Shown here piece by piece: positions 1 to 10,095 of a DNA stretch of 18,664 nucleotides (the stretch's first letter is position 1; each line of letters begins with the position of its first letter). The notes under the pieces were generated by a model that did not search any database, was not told where the DNA came from, and saw only the letters and a program-made list of their open reading frames with translations. The position numbers and the translations under genes were made by a program. This stretch comes from a virus, in the UHGV virus genome UHGV-0257810. The stretch is one strand, 5' to 3'.

Positions 1-41
1 TCAAGGAGCTATTCAACCGTGGAACTGGACGCGATTCTTGA
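1..41 (+). CDS. Possible 3' end of the small terminase gene (partial; enters from upstream of the window)
   Basis: Frame +3 is open from the window edge to TGA at 39-41, overlapping the terL start by 23 nt. The position directly upstream of terL is where terS sits in P22-like phages. Frame +2 is also open, to TGA at 47-49, so the frame is ambiguous; only about 13 codons are visible and the call is positional. Confidence 0.3.
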   Translation, partial: KELFNRGTGRDS

Positions 42-1518
42 TAACCTGAGCGACGAAGAGCAAATCGAGTTGCTCGAGCTACTCGAAGAAGAAGAGAACT
101 ACCGGAACACACACCTGCTATATGAATTTACGCCATACAGTAAACAGCGTGAGTTCATCGACGCCGGGCATGACTATCCAGAGCGCTGTTTTATGGCTGG
201 CAACCAGCTTGGCAAGTCATTTACTGGTGCTGCTGAAGTCGCGTTTCACCTTACCGGGCGTTATCCGGGCACAAAAGGCTATCCTGCTGATGGTAAATAT
301 GGCGGTGAGTGGAAAGGTAAGCGTTTTTATGAGCCTGTTGTCTTCTGGATTGGTGGCGAGACAAACGAGACTGTAACCAAAACGACTCAACGCATCCTGT
401 GCGGTCGTATTGAAGAGAATGATGAACCGGGCTACGGTTCAATACCGAAAGAGGACATCATTAGCTGGAAGAAGTCTCCTTTCTTTCCGAACCTTGTTGA
501 TCACCTTCTGGTTAAGCATCACACGGCTGATGGCGTTGAAGATGGCATTTCAATCTGCTACTTCAAACCATACTCGCAAGGCCGCGCTCGCTGGCAGGGT
601 GACACAATCCACGGCGTGTGGTTTGACGAAGAACCACCATACAGCATTTATGGCGAAGGTCTTACCCGTACCAACAAATACGGGCAATTCTCAATTCTGA
701 CGTTTACCCCGCTGATGGGGATGTCTGACGTTGTTACCAAGTTCCTGAAGAATCCCAGCAAGTCGCAGAAAGTTGTCAACATGACCATCTACGACGCTGA
801 GCACTACACCGACGAGCAGAAAGAGCAAATCATCGCATCCTATCCTGAGCATGAGAGAGAGGCGCGTGCTCGCGGTATTCCTACGATGGGTAGTGGTAGA
901 ATCTTCCAGATACCGGAAGAGACGATTAAGTGTCAGCCGTTCGAGTGTCCTGATCACTTCTACGTAATTGGCGGGATGGATTTCGGATGGGATCACCCAC
1001 AGGCGCAGGTTCAGCTTTGGTGGGATAAGGACGCAGACACAATCTACGTTTCACGCGTGTGGAAGGCGAAAGAAAAAACAGCCGTTCAGGCATGGGGAGC
1101 CGTTAAATCATGGGCGCATAAAGTGCCAACCGCATGGCCTCATGACGGAAACCAGCATGAGAAGGGCGGCGGTGAGCAGCTCAAAGGGCAGTATGCCGAC
1201 GCTGGTTTTATGATGTTGCAGGAGCATGCGACATGGCCTGATGGCGGTAACGCTGTGGAGCCTGGCATCACTGAATTGCGCGACATGATGCTCGATGGTC
1301 GCTTCAAAGTATTCAACACCTGTGAGCCATTCTTTGAGGAGTTCCGCCTCTATCACCGTGATGAAAACGGGAAAATCGTCAAGCTTAACGACGACGTGCT
1401 ATCAGCCGTTCGCTATGCATACATGATGCGCCGCTTCGCCAAAATGATGCGCGACATCAAAAAACCAAAAGAGAAAAAGATACCAGCCCCAATCAGGCCC
1501 ATCGCACGGAGAACTTAA
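19..1518 (+). CDS. terL: Large terminase subunit (P22 gene 2 type)
   Basis: Complete 499-aa ORF with a GTG start at 19 and AAGGAG (3-8) 10 nt upstream. Acidic N-terminus followed by a Walker-A-like GNQLGKS. Length equals P22 gp2 (499 aa) as I recall it, and it occupies the first position of a canonical P22 late gene order. Confidence 0.9.
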   Translation: MELDAILDNLSDEEQIELLELLEEEENYRNTHLLYEFTPYSKQREFIDAGHDYPERCFMAGNQLGKSFTGAAEVAFHLTGRYPGTKGYPADGKYGGEWKGKRFYEPVVFWIGGETNETVTKTTQRILCGRIEENDEPGYGSIPKEDIISWKKSPFFPNLVDHLLVKHHTADGVEDGISICYFKPYSQGRARWQGDTIHGVWFDEEPPYSIYGEGLTRTNKYGQFSILTFTPLMGMSDVVTKFLKNPSKSQKVVNMTIYDAEHYTDEQKEQIIASYPEHEREARARGIPTMGSGRIFQIPEETIKCQPFECPDHFYVIGGMDFGWDHPQAQVQLWWDKDADTIYVSRVWKAKEKTAVQAWGAVKSWAHKVPTAWPHDGNQHEKGGGEQLKGQYADAGFMMLQEHATWPDGGNAVEPGITELRDMMLDGRFKVFNTCEPFFEEFRLYHRDENGKIVKLNDDVLSAVRYAYMMRRFAKMMRDIKKPKEKKIPAPIRPIARRT

Positions 1519-3684
1519 ATGGCCGACGAAAACAGACTCAATTCCATTCTGTGTAAGTTTGACGCGGACTGGATGGCGAGCGATGAAGCCAGAACCGAGG
1601 CGACAAATGACCTGTATTTTAGCCGAGTGTCGCAATGGGATGACTGGCTATCAAACTACACCACCCTGCAATATCGCGGACAATTCGATGTTGTTCGCCC
1701 GGTGGTCAGGAAACTGGTCGCAGAGATGCGCCGGAACCCTATCGACGTTCTCTTCCGACCCAAAGACGGCGCTAATCCTGATGCAGCCGATGTGTTGATG
1801 GGGATGTATCGTACTGATATGCGCCATAACACGGCAAAGATTGCCGTTAACGTTGGCGTTCGTGAGCAGATAGAGTCCGGCGTTGGTGCATGGCGTCTGG
1901 TCACACAGTACGAAGACAACGAACCAACAAGCAACAATCAGGTAATCAGACGCCTGCCAATCCATGAGGCCTGCTCACACGTCATATGGGACGCCAACAG
2001 CAAGCAGATGGATAAGAGCGACGCTAAGCACTGCACGGTGATTAACGCTTTGTCACGCAATGGCTGGAAAGAGTTCGCAGAGGATTACGGTATTGATCCT
2101 GACACCCTGCCATCTTTCCAGAATCCGAACGACACATGGCTGTTTCCGTGGGTATCGAATGATGTCGTCTACGTCGCCGAGTATTACGAGGTAGAAGAGA
2201 AGAAGGAGAAAGTCTTCATCTACCGCGACCCGCTGACAGGTGAGCCGGTCAGCTATTACCAGCAGGATATTAAAGACGTTATCGACGACCTGGCTAATCG
2301 TGGATTCATTAAGGTAGCAGAGCGCAAGGTGAAGCGTCGGCGTGTGTATAAGTCGATCATCACCTGCACGCAGATACTGAAAGATCGCGAGAAGATAGCC
2401 GGAGAGCATATCCCAATCGTTCCAGTGTATGGAGAATGGTCATTTGCTGGTGACAAGGAGTGCTACGAAGGCGTGGTAAGGCTGACGAAAGACGGTCAGC
2501 GCCTTCGTAACATGATCATGTCATTCAACGCCGATATTGTTGCTCGTTCACCGAAGAAGAAACCGACCTTCTTCCCTGAGCAAATCGAAGGCTACGAATA
2601 CATGTACGGTGGAAATGATGACTATCCGTACTATCTGCAGAACAGGACCGATGAAAACGGTAACGACCTGCCGATTGGTCCAATCTCCTACATGGAAAAC
2701 CCTGAAGTGCCGCAAGCCAACGCTTACATGCTTGAGGCTGCCACCAACGCAGTGAAAGAGGTGGCTAGTCTTGGTGTGGATGCGCAGGCAGCAAACTCTC
2801 AGGTCGCTTTCGATACCGTCAATCAACTGAACATGCGGGCAGACCTTGAGACATACGTGTTTCAGGATAACCTAGCTACCGCAATGCGACGTGATGGCGA
2901 GATTTATGCCTCAATGGTCAACGATATTTATGACGTACCTCGTCATGTAACGCTGACACTTGAAGATGGAAGCGAGAAAGACGTTCAACTCTATGCGCAA
3001 GTTGTCGATTACCAGTCCGGCAATGTGGTCACACTCAACGACATTCGCGGTCGCTATGAGTGCTATACAGACGTCGGACCATCCTTCCAGAGTATGAAGG
3101 AACAGAACCGCGCAGAGATTCAGGAGTTGCTCACCAAGGTTCCGCAAGGTACTCCAGAGTTCCAGATGCTGATGCTGCAATACTTCACGCTGCTTGACGG
3201 TAAAGGCGTCGAGATGATGCGAGAGTACGCGAACAAGCAACTGGTGATGATGGGGCTGAAGAAACCAGAAACACCTGAAGAGATGGAGATGGTGCAGCAG
3301 GCACAACAACAGCCGCAGCAGCCATCAGCAGAGCAAATTCAGGCGCAGGGTATCCTTCTGCAAGGTCAGGCTGAATTGCTCAAGGCAGAGAACCAACAGG
3401 CGCAGATTCAGGTTGAAGCCGCCAAGGTTGAAGCCCAAAACCAACTCAACGCCGCGAAGATTGCAGAAATCTTCAACAATATGGACCTCGACAAGCAGGC
3501 AGAACTGCGTGAGTACCTCAAGCTCGTAGGTCAATTCCAGCAACAGCGCAGCAAAGACGCTCGTGCTAACGCTGAGCTGCTTCTTAAAGATGCAGACCAG
3601 ACTCATTCACAACGCATGGATTTCGCGAATCTTATGCGTCAAGTTCAAATCCCCTCCGGCGGAGTAGCCGAGACACCTCAATAA
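1519..3684 (+). CDS. Portal protein (P22 gp1 type)
   Basis: ATG at 1519 directly follows the terL stop (TAA 1516-1518), with GGAGAA 7 nt upstream. 721 aa against about 725 aa for P22 portal. Gln-rich helical C-terminus ([10 protein letters not shown]...[25 protein letters not shown]) fits the P22 portal C-terminal barrel. Confidence 0.9.
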   Translation: MADENRLNSILCKFDADWMASDEARTEATNDLYFSRVSQWDDWLSNYTTLQYRGQFDVVRPVVRKLVAEMRRNPIDVLFRPKDGANPDAADVLMGMYRTDMRHNTAKIAVNVGVREQIESGVGAWRLVTQYEDNEPTSNNQVIRRLPIHEACSHVIWDANSKQMDKSDAKHCTVINALSRNGWKEFAEDYGIDPDTLPSFQNPNDTWLFPWVSNDVVYVAEYYEVEEKKEKVFIYRDPLTGEPVSYYQQDIKDVIDDLANRGFIKVAERKVKRRRVYKSIITCTQILKDREKIAGEHIPIVPVYGEWSFAGDKECYEGVVRLTKDGQRLRNMIMSFNADIVARSPKKKPTFFPEQIEGYEYMYGGNDDYPYYLQNRTDENGNDLPIGPISYMENPEVPQANAYMLEAATNAVKEVASLGVDAQAANSQVAFDTVNQLNMRADLETYVFQDNLATAMRRDGEIYASMVNDIYDVPRHVTLTLEDGSEKDVQLYAQVVDYQSGNVVTLNDIRGRYECYTDVGPSFQSMKEQNRAEIQELLTKVPQGTPEFQMLMLQYFTLLDGKGVEMMREYANKQLVMMGLKKPETPEEMEMVQQAQQQPQQPSAEQIQAQGILLQGQAELLKAENQQAQIQVEAAKVEAQNQLNAAKIAEIFNNMDLDKQAELREYLKLVGQFQQQRSKDARANAELLLKDADQTHSQRMDFANLMRQVQIPSGGVAETPQ

Positions 3685-3697
3685 GAGAGAGTTAATC

Positions 3698-4609
3698 ATG
3701 GACCAAACCACCGACATTCAGGCTTCTGAAGAATTAACCCTGCCCGGCAATCATGCAGCGGCATCTGCTGATGGCTTAGTTGTCGATAATGCCAACGACA
3801 ACGCAGGTCAGGAAGAAGGCTTCGAGATTGTCCTGAAAGACGATGAGAAACCAAAACAAGACCCGGCAACTAATGCTGAATTTGCCCGTCGCCGCATCGA
3901 ACGCAAACGCCAGCGTGAGCTTGAGCAGCAGATGGAAGCGGTTAAGCGAGGGGAGTTGCCGGAGCACCTGCGGGTGAACCCTGAGTTACCAAAACAACCA
4001 GACCCTAACGATTATCTTTCCGAAGACGCACTGGCTAAGTACGACTATGACCAGAGCCGCGCACTGGCTGCCTTCCAGCAGGCAAACAGTGAATGGCAGA
4101 TCAAGGCTATGGACGCACGAAGCCAGGCTGTCGCCGAGCAGGGCCGCAAAACTCAGGAGTTCACCCAGCAATCAGCGCAATACGTCGAGGCAGCCCGTAA
4201 GCACTACGACGCAGCGGAAAAGCTCAATATCCCTGACTATCAGGAGAAAGAGGACGCATTCATGCAACTGGTTCCGCCAGCAGTCGGTGCCGACATCATG
4301 CGCCTCTTCCCGGAGAAATCCGCTGCACTCATGTATCACCTTGGTGCTAATCCTGAGAAAACACGCCAGTTGCTGGCGATGGACGGGCAATCCGCGCTGA
4401 TTGAACTCACTCGACTGTCAGAACGTTTAACTCTCAAGCCTCGAGCCAAACCTGTTTCAGAAGCCCCGCTACCTGATGAACCCATTCAGGGACACGCTGT
4501 TGCTGCAAATATCTCTGCGATTGAAAAGCAGATGGAAGCGGCAGCAAACAAAGGGGATGTAGAGACGTACCGCAAGCTCAAGGCGCAACTGAATAAAGGA
4601 ATTCGATAA
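3698..4609 (+). CDS. Scaffolding protein (P22 gp8 type)
   Basis: 303 aa, the same length as P22 gp8. Highly charged, helical and Ala/Glu/Lys-rich, lying between portal and coat. Its TAA stop overlaps the coat ATG. Confidence 0.85.
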   Translation: MDQTTDIQASEELTLPGNHAAASADGLVVDNANDNAGQEEGFEIVLKDDEKPKQDPATNAEFARRRIERKRQRELEQQMEAVKRGELPEHLRVNPELPKQPDPNDYLSEDALAKYDYDQSRALAAFQQANSEWQIKAMDARSQAVAEQGRKTQEFTQQSAQYVEAARKHYDAAEKLNIPDYQEKEDAFMQLVPPAVGADIMRLFPEKSAALMYHLGANPEKTRQLLAMDGQSALIELTRLSERLTLKPRAKPVSEAPLPDEPIQGHAVAANISAIEKQMEAAANKGDVETYRKLKAQLNKGIR

Positions 4610-5904
4610 TGGCATTAAATGAAGGTCAACTGGTCACGTATGCTCTGGATGAAATCATCGAAACCGTCCAGAACCTGACGCCAATGGCGTCCAAAGTGAC
4701 AAAATACACCCCTCCGGCAGAATCCATGCAGCGTTCAAGCAACACCGTGTGGATGCCTGTTGAGCAGGAAGCGCCAACTCAGACTGGCTGGGATTTAACT
4801 GGCAAAGCTACTGGGATTCTGGAGCTCTCCGTGAAATGCAACATGGGTGATCCGGATAACGATTTCTTCGAGCTTCGTGCAGATGACCTGCGTGATGAGC
4901 GTTCTTACCGTCGCCGCATCCAGGCATCCGCCAAAAAACTGGCGAATAACATTGAGTCAGCAATTGCCAAACAGGCAACCGAAATGGGCTCACTTGTTGT
5001 TCACGATACCCGCGCAATTGGTCCATCTACTGGCCTGTCTGGCTGGGATTTTGTGTCTGATGCAGAGCGCCTGATGTTCTCCCGTGAGCTAAACCGCGAT
5101 ATGGGCATCAGTTACTTCCTGAACCCTGACGATTACCGCAAAGCAGGCCGCAACCTGGTAGATGGAGACATCTTTGGGCGCGTTCCTGAAGAAGCGTATC
5201 GCAACGGTACTATTCAGCGTCAGATTGCTGGCTTTGATGAAATTCTTCGCTCACCGAAACTTCCGGCAGTTACCAAGTCAACCGCTACTGGTGTAACTGT
5301 TTCTGGTGAGCAGAAGTTTAAGCCGCAGGCATACACCCTTGATACCGATGGTAACAAAGAGAACGTCGACAACCGTGTTGCAACGGTGACCGTATCCTCC
5401 ACCACCGGATTTAAGCGCGGCGACAAAATCAGCTTCACTGGTGTGAAATTCCTGTCTCAGATGGCGAAGAACGTGCTGACTGATGACGCGACTTTCTCAA
5501 TCACCCGTGTGATCGATGGTACTCACATCGAAATCACGCCGAAGCCGATTGCGCTTGATGACGCTTCACTGACAAAAGAAGAGAAGGCTTACGCTAACGT
5601 AAATGCTTCTCTTGCTAATAACACTCCGGTAAACGTTCTGAACGTGGCAACAACCACCGCTAACGTGTTCTGGGCTGATGACTCAATCCGTCTGCTTTCT
5701 CAGCCGATCCCGGTAACCCATGAACTGTTTGCTGGCATGAAAACGTCTTCCTTCAGCATTCCAGGTATTGGTGTTAACGGCATCTTCGCAACGCAGGGTG
5801 ATATCAACACTCTGTCTGGTAAGTGCCGTATTGCTGTGTGGTATTCAGCATGTGCTGTACGACCAGAGGCAATTGGTGTTGGTCTGCCTAACCAGACCGC
5901 GTGA
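4609..5904 (+). CDS. Major capsid (coat) protein (P22 gp5 type, HK97 fold)
   Basis: 431-codon ORF (P22 coat is 430 aa). The start overlaps the scaffold stop (TAATG). Followed immediately by a strong hairpin terminator, as expected for the most abundant virion protein. Confidence 0.9.
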   Translation: MALNEGQLVTYALDEIIETVQNLTPMASKVTKYTPPAESMQRSSNTVWMPVEQEAPTQTGWDLTGKATGILELSVKCNMGDPDNDFFELRADDLRDERSYRRRIQASAKKLANNIESAIAKQATEMGSLVVHDTRAIGPSTGLSGWDFVSDAERLMFSRELNRDMGISYFLNPDDYRKAGRNLVDGDIFGRVPEEAYRNGTIQRQIAGFDEILRSPKLPAVTKSTATGVTVSGEQKFKPQAYTLDTDGNKENVDNRVATVTVSSTTGFKRGDKISFTGVKFLSQMAKNVLTDDATFSITRVIDGTHIEITPKPIALDDASLTKEEKAYANVNASLANNTPVNVLNVATTTANVFWADDSIRLLSQPIPVTHELFAGMKTSSFSIPGIGVNGIFATQGDINTLSGKCRIAVWYSACAVRPEAIGVGLPNQTA

Positions 5905-5910
5905 TAACCA

Positions 5911-5934
5911 GAGGGAGCTTCGGCTCCCTTTTCT
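5911..5934 (+). terminator. Intrinsic terminator or attenuator downstream of the coat gene
   Basis: GGGAGC (5913-5918), UUCG tetraloop (5919-5922), GCTCCC (5923-5928), then TTTTCT; located 9 nt after the coat stop codon. Probably partial, because essential late genes continue downstream. Confidence 0.55.
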
Positions 5935-5948
5935 ATCTGGAGACAAGC

Positions 5949-6191
5949 ATGACACACATGATCTTTCGTCATGGTGACATGAAGAAGTGGAAAGGCGTTG
6001 GCTACGACTTTGAAATCGTGAAAGCCGAAGAGCTTCAGGAATATCTGGATGCTGGTTGGTTTTCACATCCTGATGACCTTTTGAAGGATGTTGCAGAGCC
6101 AGAGCCAGAGCCAGAGCCAGAAGAAAAGCAGCGTAAAAAGCCTGGTCGAAAACCTAAGGCGGCATCAGATGAACCTGACAACGAAGGGTGA
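5949..6191 (+). CDS. Small hypothetical protein with acidic EP repeat and basic PGRKPK tail
   Basis: 80-aa ORF with GGAGA (5939-5943) 5 nt before ATG 5949. Contains an (EP)4 repeat encoded by a hexanucleotide microsatellite and a [10 protein letters not shown]-hook-like motif. Its last 23 nt overlap the gp4 start. I do not recognise a P22 counterpart. Confidence 0.45.
   Translation: MTHMIFRHGDMKKWKGVGYDFEIVKAEELQEYLDAGWFSHPDDLLKDVAEPEPEPEPEEKQRKKPGRKPKAASDEPDNEG
6095..6121 (+). repeat. Hexanucleotide tandem repeat (AGAGCC)x4 plus a partial unit
   Basis: Read directly: four perfect AGAGCC units at 6095-6118 followed by AGA. In-frame within the small ORF, encoding the EPEPEPEP stretch. Confidence 0.9.
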
Positions 6192-6669
6192 TTTAGTTCT
6201 TGCGGCATTACGTAAGCTCGGTGTGGCATCAAATGCCACGTTAACCGATGTCGAACCGCAGTCTATGGAAGACGGCGTCAACGACCTTGAAATGATGATG
6301 GCTGAATGGCTTGGCGGTGATGTGTCACCTGGTATCAACGTTGGCTACATTTTCGCTGATGCAGATGTCGCTCCAGATCCGGGCGATGAGCACGGTTTAT
6401 CAAATAACGCTATCAATGCTGTCATTTTCAACCTTGCCTGCCGCATTGCACCGGATTATGCGCTGGAAGCGCCTGCAAAACTTATAACCACTGCCAGATA
6501 CGGGAAAGAGCGACTCGTCAAACTGTCTGCAATGGACAGAGCAAAAGCCGCTAAATGTAAGTCCGGTTATCCAAACCGTATGCCTGTTGGTAGCGGTAAC
6601 CAGTTGGCGAAGTGGAACGGTTGGAATTACTTCTACCGGAAGGAACCTTGCGATAACGGGAGCGAATAA
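6169..6669 (+). CDS. Head completion / tail accessory factor (P22 gp4 type)
   Basis: 166 aa from ATG 6169, the length I recall for P22 gp4. The N-terminus [33 protein letters not shown] resembles the P22 gp4 N-terminus as I remember it. The longer track ORF from 6088 reads the EP repeat in another frame and is rejected. Stop TAA overlaps the next ATG. Confidence 0.8.
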   Translation: MNLTTKGDLVLAALRKLGVASNATLTDVEPQSMEDGVNDLEMMMAEWLGGDVSPGINVGYIFADADVAPDPGDEHGLSNNAINAVIFNLACRIAPDYALEAPAKLITTARYGKERLVKLSAMDRAKAAKCKSGYPNRMPVGSGNQLAKWNGWNYFYRKEPCDNGSE

Positions 6670-8088
6670 ATGCCGGTTCAGCAACTTCCGCTTATGAAAG
6701 GTGTCGGCAAAGATTTCCGAAACGCCGACTATATCGACTATTTGCCAGTGAATATGCTGGCTACACCAAAAGAAATACTCAACAGCAGCGGATATCTTCG
6801 CTCATTCCCGGGCATTGCCAAACGTTCTGATGTGAACGGAGTATCGCGAGGCGTCGAGTACAACATGGCGCAGAGTGCTGTTTATCGCGTGTGCGGGGGC
6901 AAGCTGTATAAGGGCGAAAGCGAAGTCGGTGATGTTGCCGGAAGTGGTCGTGTATCAATGGCACATGGTCGGACATCACAGGCGGTAGGCGTTAATGGTC
7001 AACTGGTCGAGTATCGCTATGATGGCACGGTTAAAACCGTCTCAAACTGGCCGACAGACAGCGGATTCACTCAGTATGAGTTAGGTTCAGTCCGCGACAT
7101 TACACGCTTACGTGGGCGTTATGCGTGGTCAAAAGACGGCACGGATTCATGGTTTATCACTGACCCTGAAGACGAATCGCATCCTGACCGTTACAGCGCA
7201 CAATATCGCGCAGAATCGCAGCCGGATGGCATCATCGGTATCGGCACATGGAGAGACTTCATCGTCTGCTTTGGTTCATCGACGATTGAGTATTTTTCCC
7301 TGACTGGTGCAACCACAGTTGGTGCTGCTTTGTATGTCGCACAGCCATCGCTGATGGTGCAGAAAGGCATTGCTGGGACTTACTGCAAAACGCCATTCGC
7401 TGATTCTTATGCGTTCATCAGCAATCCGGCAACAGGTGCGCCGTCTGTATACATCATCGGCTCCGGTCAGGTATCACCAATCGCCAGCGCGAGCATTGAG
7501 AAAATTCTCCGCTCCTACACTGCTGATGAACTGGCTGATGGTGTGATGGAGTCTCTGCGATTTGATGCGCATGAGCTGCTGATTATCCATCTTCCGCGCC
7601 ATGTTCTGGTGTACGACGCATCTTCAAGCGCCAATGGTCCGCAATGGTGTGTACTGAAAACAGGCCTGTATGACGATGTGTACCGCGCTATCGACTTCAT
7701 TTACGAAGGCAATCAGATAACGTGTGGCGATAAGCTGGAATCTGTTACCGGGAAATTGCAATTCGATATCAGCAGCCAGTATGGGCTTCAACAGGAACAC
7801 CTGCTGTTTACTCCACTGTTCAAAGCGGATAACGCCAGATGCTTCGATCTGGAGGTTGAATCATCGACTGGTGTCGCTCAGTACGCTGACCGCCTGTTCC
7901 TCTCTGCAACCACTGACGGAATCAATTACGGACGTGAGCAGATGATTGAACAGAATGAACCGTTCGTTTACGACAAACGCGTTTTGTGGAAGCGAGTAGG
8001 GCGCATCAGGAAAAATGTCGGCTTCAAATTGCGCATTATCACGAAGTCACCTGTCACTCTGTCAGGCTGCCAGATAAGGATTGAGTAA
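6670..8088 (+). CDS. Head completion / tail hub protein (P22 gp10 type)
   Basis: 472 aa, the same length as P22 gp10, in the conserved position between gp4 and the tail needle. Start and stop are coupled to both neighbours. Confidence 0.85.
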   Translation: MPVQQLPLMKGVGKDFRNADYIDYLPVNMLATPKEILNSSGYLRSFPGIAKRSDVNGVSRGVEYNMAQSAVYRVCGGKLYKGESEVGDVAGSGRVSMAHGRTSQAVGVNGQLVEYRYDGTVKTVSNWPTDSGFTQYELGSVRDITRLRGRYAWSKDGTDSWFITDPEDESHPDRYSAQYRAESQPDGIIGIGTWRDFIVCFGSSTIEYFSLTGATTVGAALYVAQPSLMVQKGIAGTYCKTPFADSYAFISNPATGAPSVYIIGSGQVSPIASASIEKILRSYTADELADGVMESLRFDAHELLIIHLPRHVLVYDASSSANGPQWCVLKTGLYDDVYRAIDFIYEGNQITCGDKLESVTGKLQFDISSQYGLQQEHLLFTPLFKADNARCFDLEVESSTGVAQYADRLFLSATTDGINYGREQMIEQNEPFVYDKRVLWKRVGRIRKNVGFKLRIITKSPVTLSGCQIRIE

Positions 8089-8936
8089 TGGCTGATTCGA
8101 ATCTCAACACCCCTGTTATTGTGCAGGCGACGCGGCTCGATACATCAATCCTTCCACGCAATATATTCAGCCAGTCTTACCTGCTGTATGTCATTAATCA
8201 GGGGGCTGATGTCGGCGCAATTGCTGGAAAGGCAAATCAGGCTGGTCAGGGCGCTTATGATGCACAAGTCAGGAACGATGAGCAGGATGTGATTCTCGCT
8301 GACCATGAGCAGCGAATTTCTGCTGCGGAAGCAACGCTTGTTAATCATGAGGAGCGAATCAGCCAGGCAGAATCAACTCTTCAGGAACATGAAACACGAA
8401 TAGCGAAGAATGAAAGCGATATTGCGTCGCTTGATACCAGAGTTCAGTCGCTGGAGTCGCAGGTTTCAGACCATGAAACGCGCATTGATGCTCTGGAGTA
8501 TGCAACCACGCGCAAGAAGTCAGAGGTTGTTTACTCTGGCGTATCAGTAACCATTCCGACAGCGCCGACCAACCTTGTTAGCCTGCTGAAAACGCTCACG
8601 CCGTCATCAGGCTCGTTGGCACCATTCTTCGACACCGTTAACAACAAGATGGTTGTGTTCAACGAGAACAAAACCCTGCTCTTCAAGTTGTCGATTGTCG
8701 GCACGTGGCCCAGCGGAACCTCCAACAGGTCAATGCAGCTAACCTTTTCCGGCTCTGTTCCTGACACACTGGTCAGCAGTCGTAATGCGGCGACAACAAC
8801 CGACAACATCCTGTTAGCTACGTTCTTCAGCGTGGATAAAGACGGATTTCTTGCCACAAATGGCAGCACGTTGACCATTCAGTCAAATGGTGCGGCGTTT
8901 ACTGCCACAACCATCAAGATAATCGCGGAGCAGTGA
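8088..8936 (+). CDS. Tail needle protein (P22 gp26 family) with a C-terminal knob-type domain
   Basis: N-terminus [35 protein letters not shown] matches the conserved gp26 N-terminal tip as recalled. Followed by a trimeric coiled-coil segment with repeated HE-RI motifs ([40 protein letters not shown]). The C-terminal ~150 aa are Ser/Thr-rich and unlike the P22 gp26 C-terminus; at 282 aa the length fits the Sf6-type knobbed needle rather than P22 (233 aa). Confidence 0.85.
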   Translation: MADSNLNTPVIVQATRLDTSILPRNIFSQSYLLYVINQGADVGAIAGKANQAGQGAYDAQVRNDEQDVILADHEQRISAAEATLVNHEERISQAESTLQEHETRIAKNESDIASLDTRVQSLESQVSDHETRIDALEYATTRKKSEVVYSGVSVTIPTAPTNLVSLLKTLTPSSGSLAPFFDTVNNKMVVFNENKTLLFKLSIVGTWPSGTSNRSMQLTFSGSVPDTLVSSRNAATTTDNILLATFFSVDKDGFLATNGSTLTIQSNGAAFTATTIKIIAEQ

Positions 8937-9391
8937 TGATTCAGTTCAAACCAACGCGAAACATCGACCTGATCGAAGCAGTCGGAAATCACCCTGACAT
9001 TATCGCCGGAAGTAATAACGGTGATGGATACGACTACAAGCCTGAATGCCGTTACTTCGAGGTGAACGTGCACGGGCAGTTCGGCGGCATTGTTTACTAT
9101 CAGGAGATTCAGCCGCTGACATTCGATTGCCACGCCATGTATCTGCCAGAGATTCGCGGCTTCAGCAAGGAAATCGGGCTGGCGTTCTGGCGATACATTC
9201 TGACTAACACCACCGTTCAGTGCATCACATCGTTCGCTGCACGCAAATTCCGCCACGGGCAGATGTACTGCGCAATGATTGGCCTTAAGCGTGTAGGAAC
9301 CATCAAGAAATACTTCAAAGGCGTGGATGACGTGACGTTTTACAGCGCCACACGCGAAGAACTAATCGACTTCCTGAATCACGGGAGATAG
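8936..9391 (+). CDS. gp14-like protein (ejection-protein assembly factor)
   Basis: ATG 8936 overlaps the gp26 stop (TGATG), with GGAG at 8927-8930. Sits in the gp14 position of the P22 order 26-14-7-20-16. An in-frame GTG at 8933 is an alternative start. Assignment is mainly positional. Confidence 0.7.
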   Translation: MIQFKPTRNIDLIEAVGNHPDIIAGSNNGDGYDYKPECRYFEVNVHGQFGGIVYYQEIQPLTFDCHAMYLPEIRGFSKEIGLAFWRYILTNTTVQCITSFAARKFRHGQMYCAMIGLKRVGTIKKYFKGVDDVTFYSATREELIDFLNHGR

Positions 9392-9393
9392 CC

Positions 9394-10086
9394 ATGTTAT
9401 ATGCATTTAAGCTGGGCAGAAAACTGCGCGGCGAGGAACCTTATTGCCCTGAAAAGGGTGGGAAAGGTGGCAGTTCTGATAAAAGCGCAAAGTATGCCGC
9501 AGAAGCTCAGAAGTATGCAGCAGACCTGCAAAATCAGCAGTGGCAGACGATCATGAAAAACCTTGCTCCGTTCACGCCTCTTGCGGAGCAGTATGTTAAC
9601 CAGTTGCAGAATCTTTCCAGTTTAGAGGGTCAGGGGCAGGCACTTAATCAGTATTACAACTCTCAGCAGTATAAAGACCTTGCAGGTCAGGCGCGTTACC
9701 AGAGTCTTGCTGCTGCGGAGGCGACGGGTGGACTTGGTTCGACAGCCACAAGCAATCAACTGGCTACGATCGCGCCGACACTCGGTCAGTCTTGGTTATC
9801 AAACCAGATGAGCAATTACAACAATCTGGCAAACGTTGGGCTTGGTGCGCTGCAAGGTCAGGCAAACGCCGGGCAGACGTACGCCAACAACATGAGCAGC
9901 ATTGCACAGCAAAGCGCAGCACTTGCCGCTGCTAATGCCAATAAACCATCAAGTCTTCAGACTGCAATTAGCGGTGGCACGTCTGGTGCGATTGCCGGTG
10001 CAGGTCTTGCCAGCCTTTTGGGAACATCAACGCCTTGGGGCGCTGGCATTGGTGCTGGTATCGGATTGCTTGGCTCGTTGTTTTAA
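9394..10086 (+). CDS. Ejection (internal virion) protein, P22 gp7 type
   Basis: 230 aa (P22 gp7 is about 229 aa), with GGGAGA upstream of ATG 9394. Gln/Ala-rich low-complexity body and a glycine-zipper hydrophobic C-terminus (GAIAGAGLASLLG...GAGIGAGIGLLGSLF) consistent with a membrane-inserting ejection protein. Confidence 0.8.
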   Translation: MLYAFKLGRKLRGEEPYCPEKGGKGGSSDKSAKYAAEAQKYAADLQNQQWQTIMKNLAPFTPLAEQYVNQLQNLSSLEGQGQALNQYYNSQQYKDLAGQARYQSLAAAEATGGLGSTATSNQLATIAPTLGQSWLSNQMSNYNNLANVGLGALQGQANAGQTYANNMSSIAQQSAALAAANANKPSSLQTAISGGTSGAIAGAGLASLLGTSTPWGAGIGAGIGLLGSLF

Positions 10087-10095
10087 GGGGTAATC

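Noticed and set aside
6088-6669. Track ORF of 193 aa starting at 6088 ([13 protein letters not shown]...) as the gp4 coding region
   Set aside because: The first 27 codons are the EP hexanucleotide repeat read in another frame (SQSQSQ). The P22 gp4 N-terminus as recalled aligns with the Met at 6169, giving the expected 166 aa.
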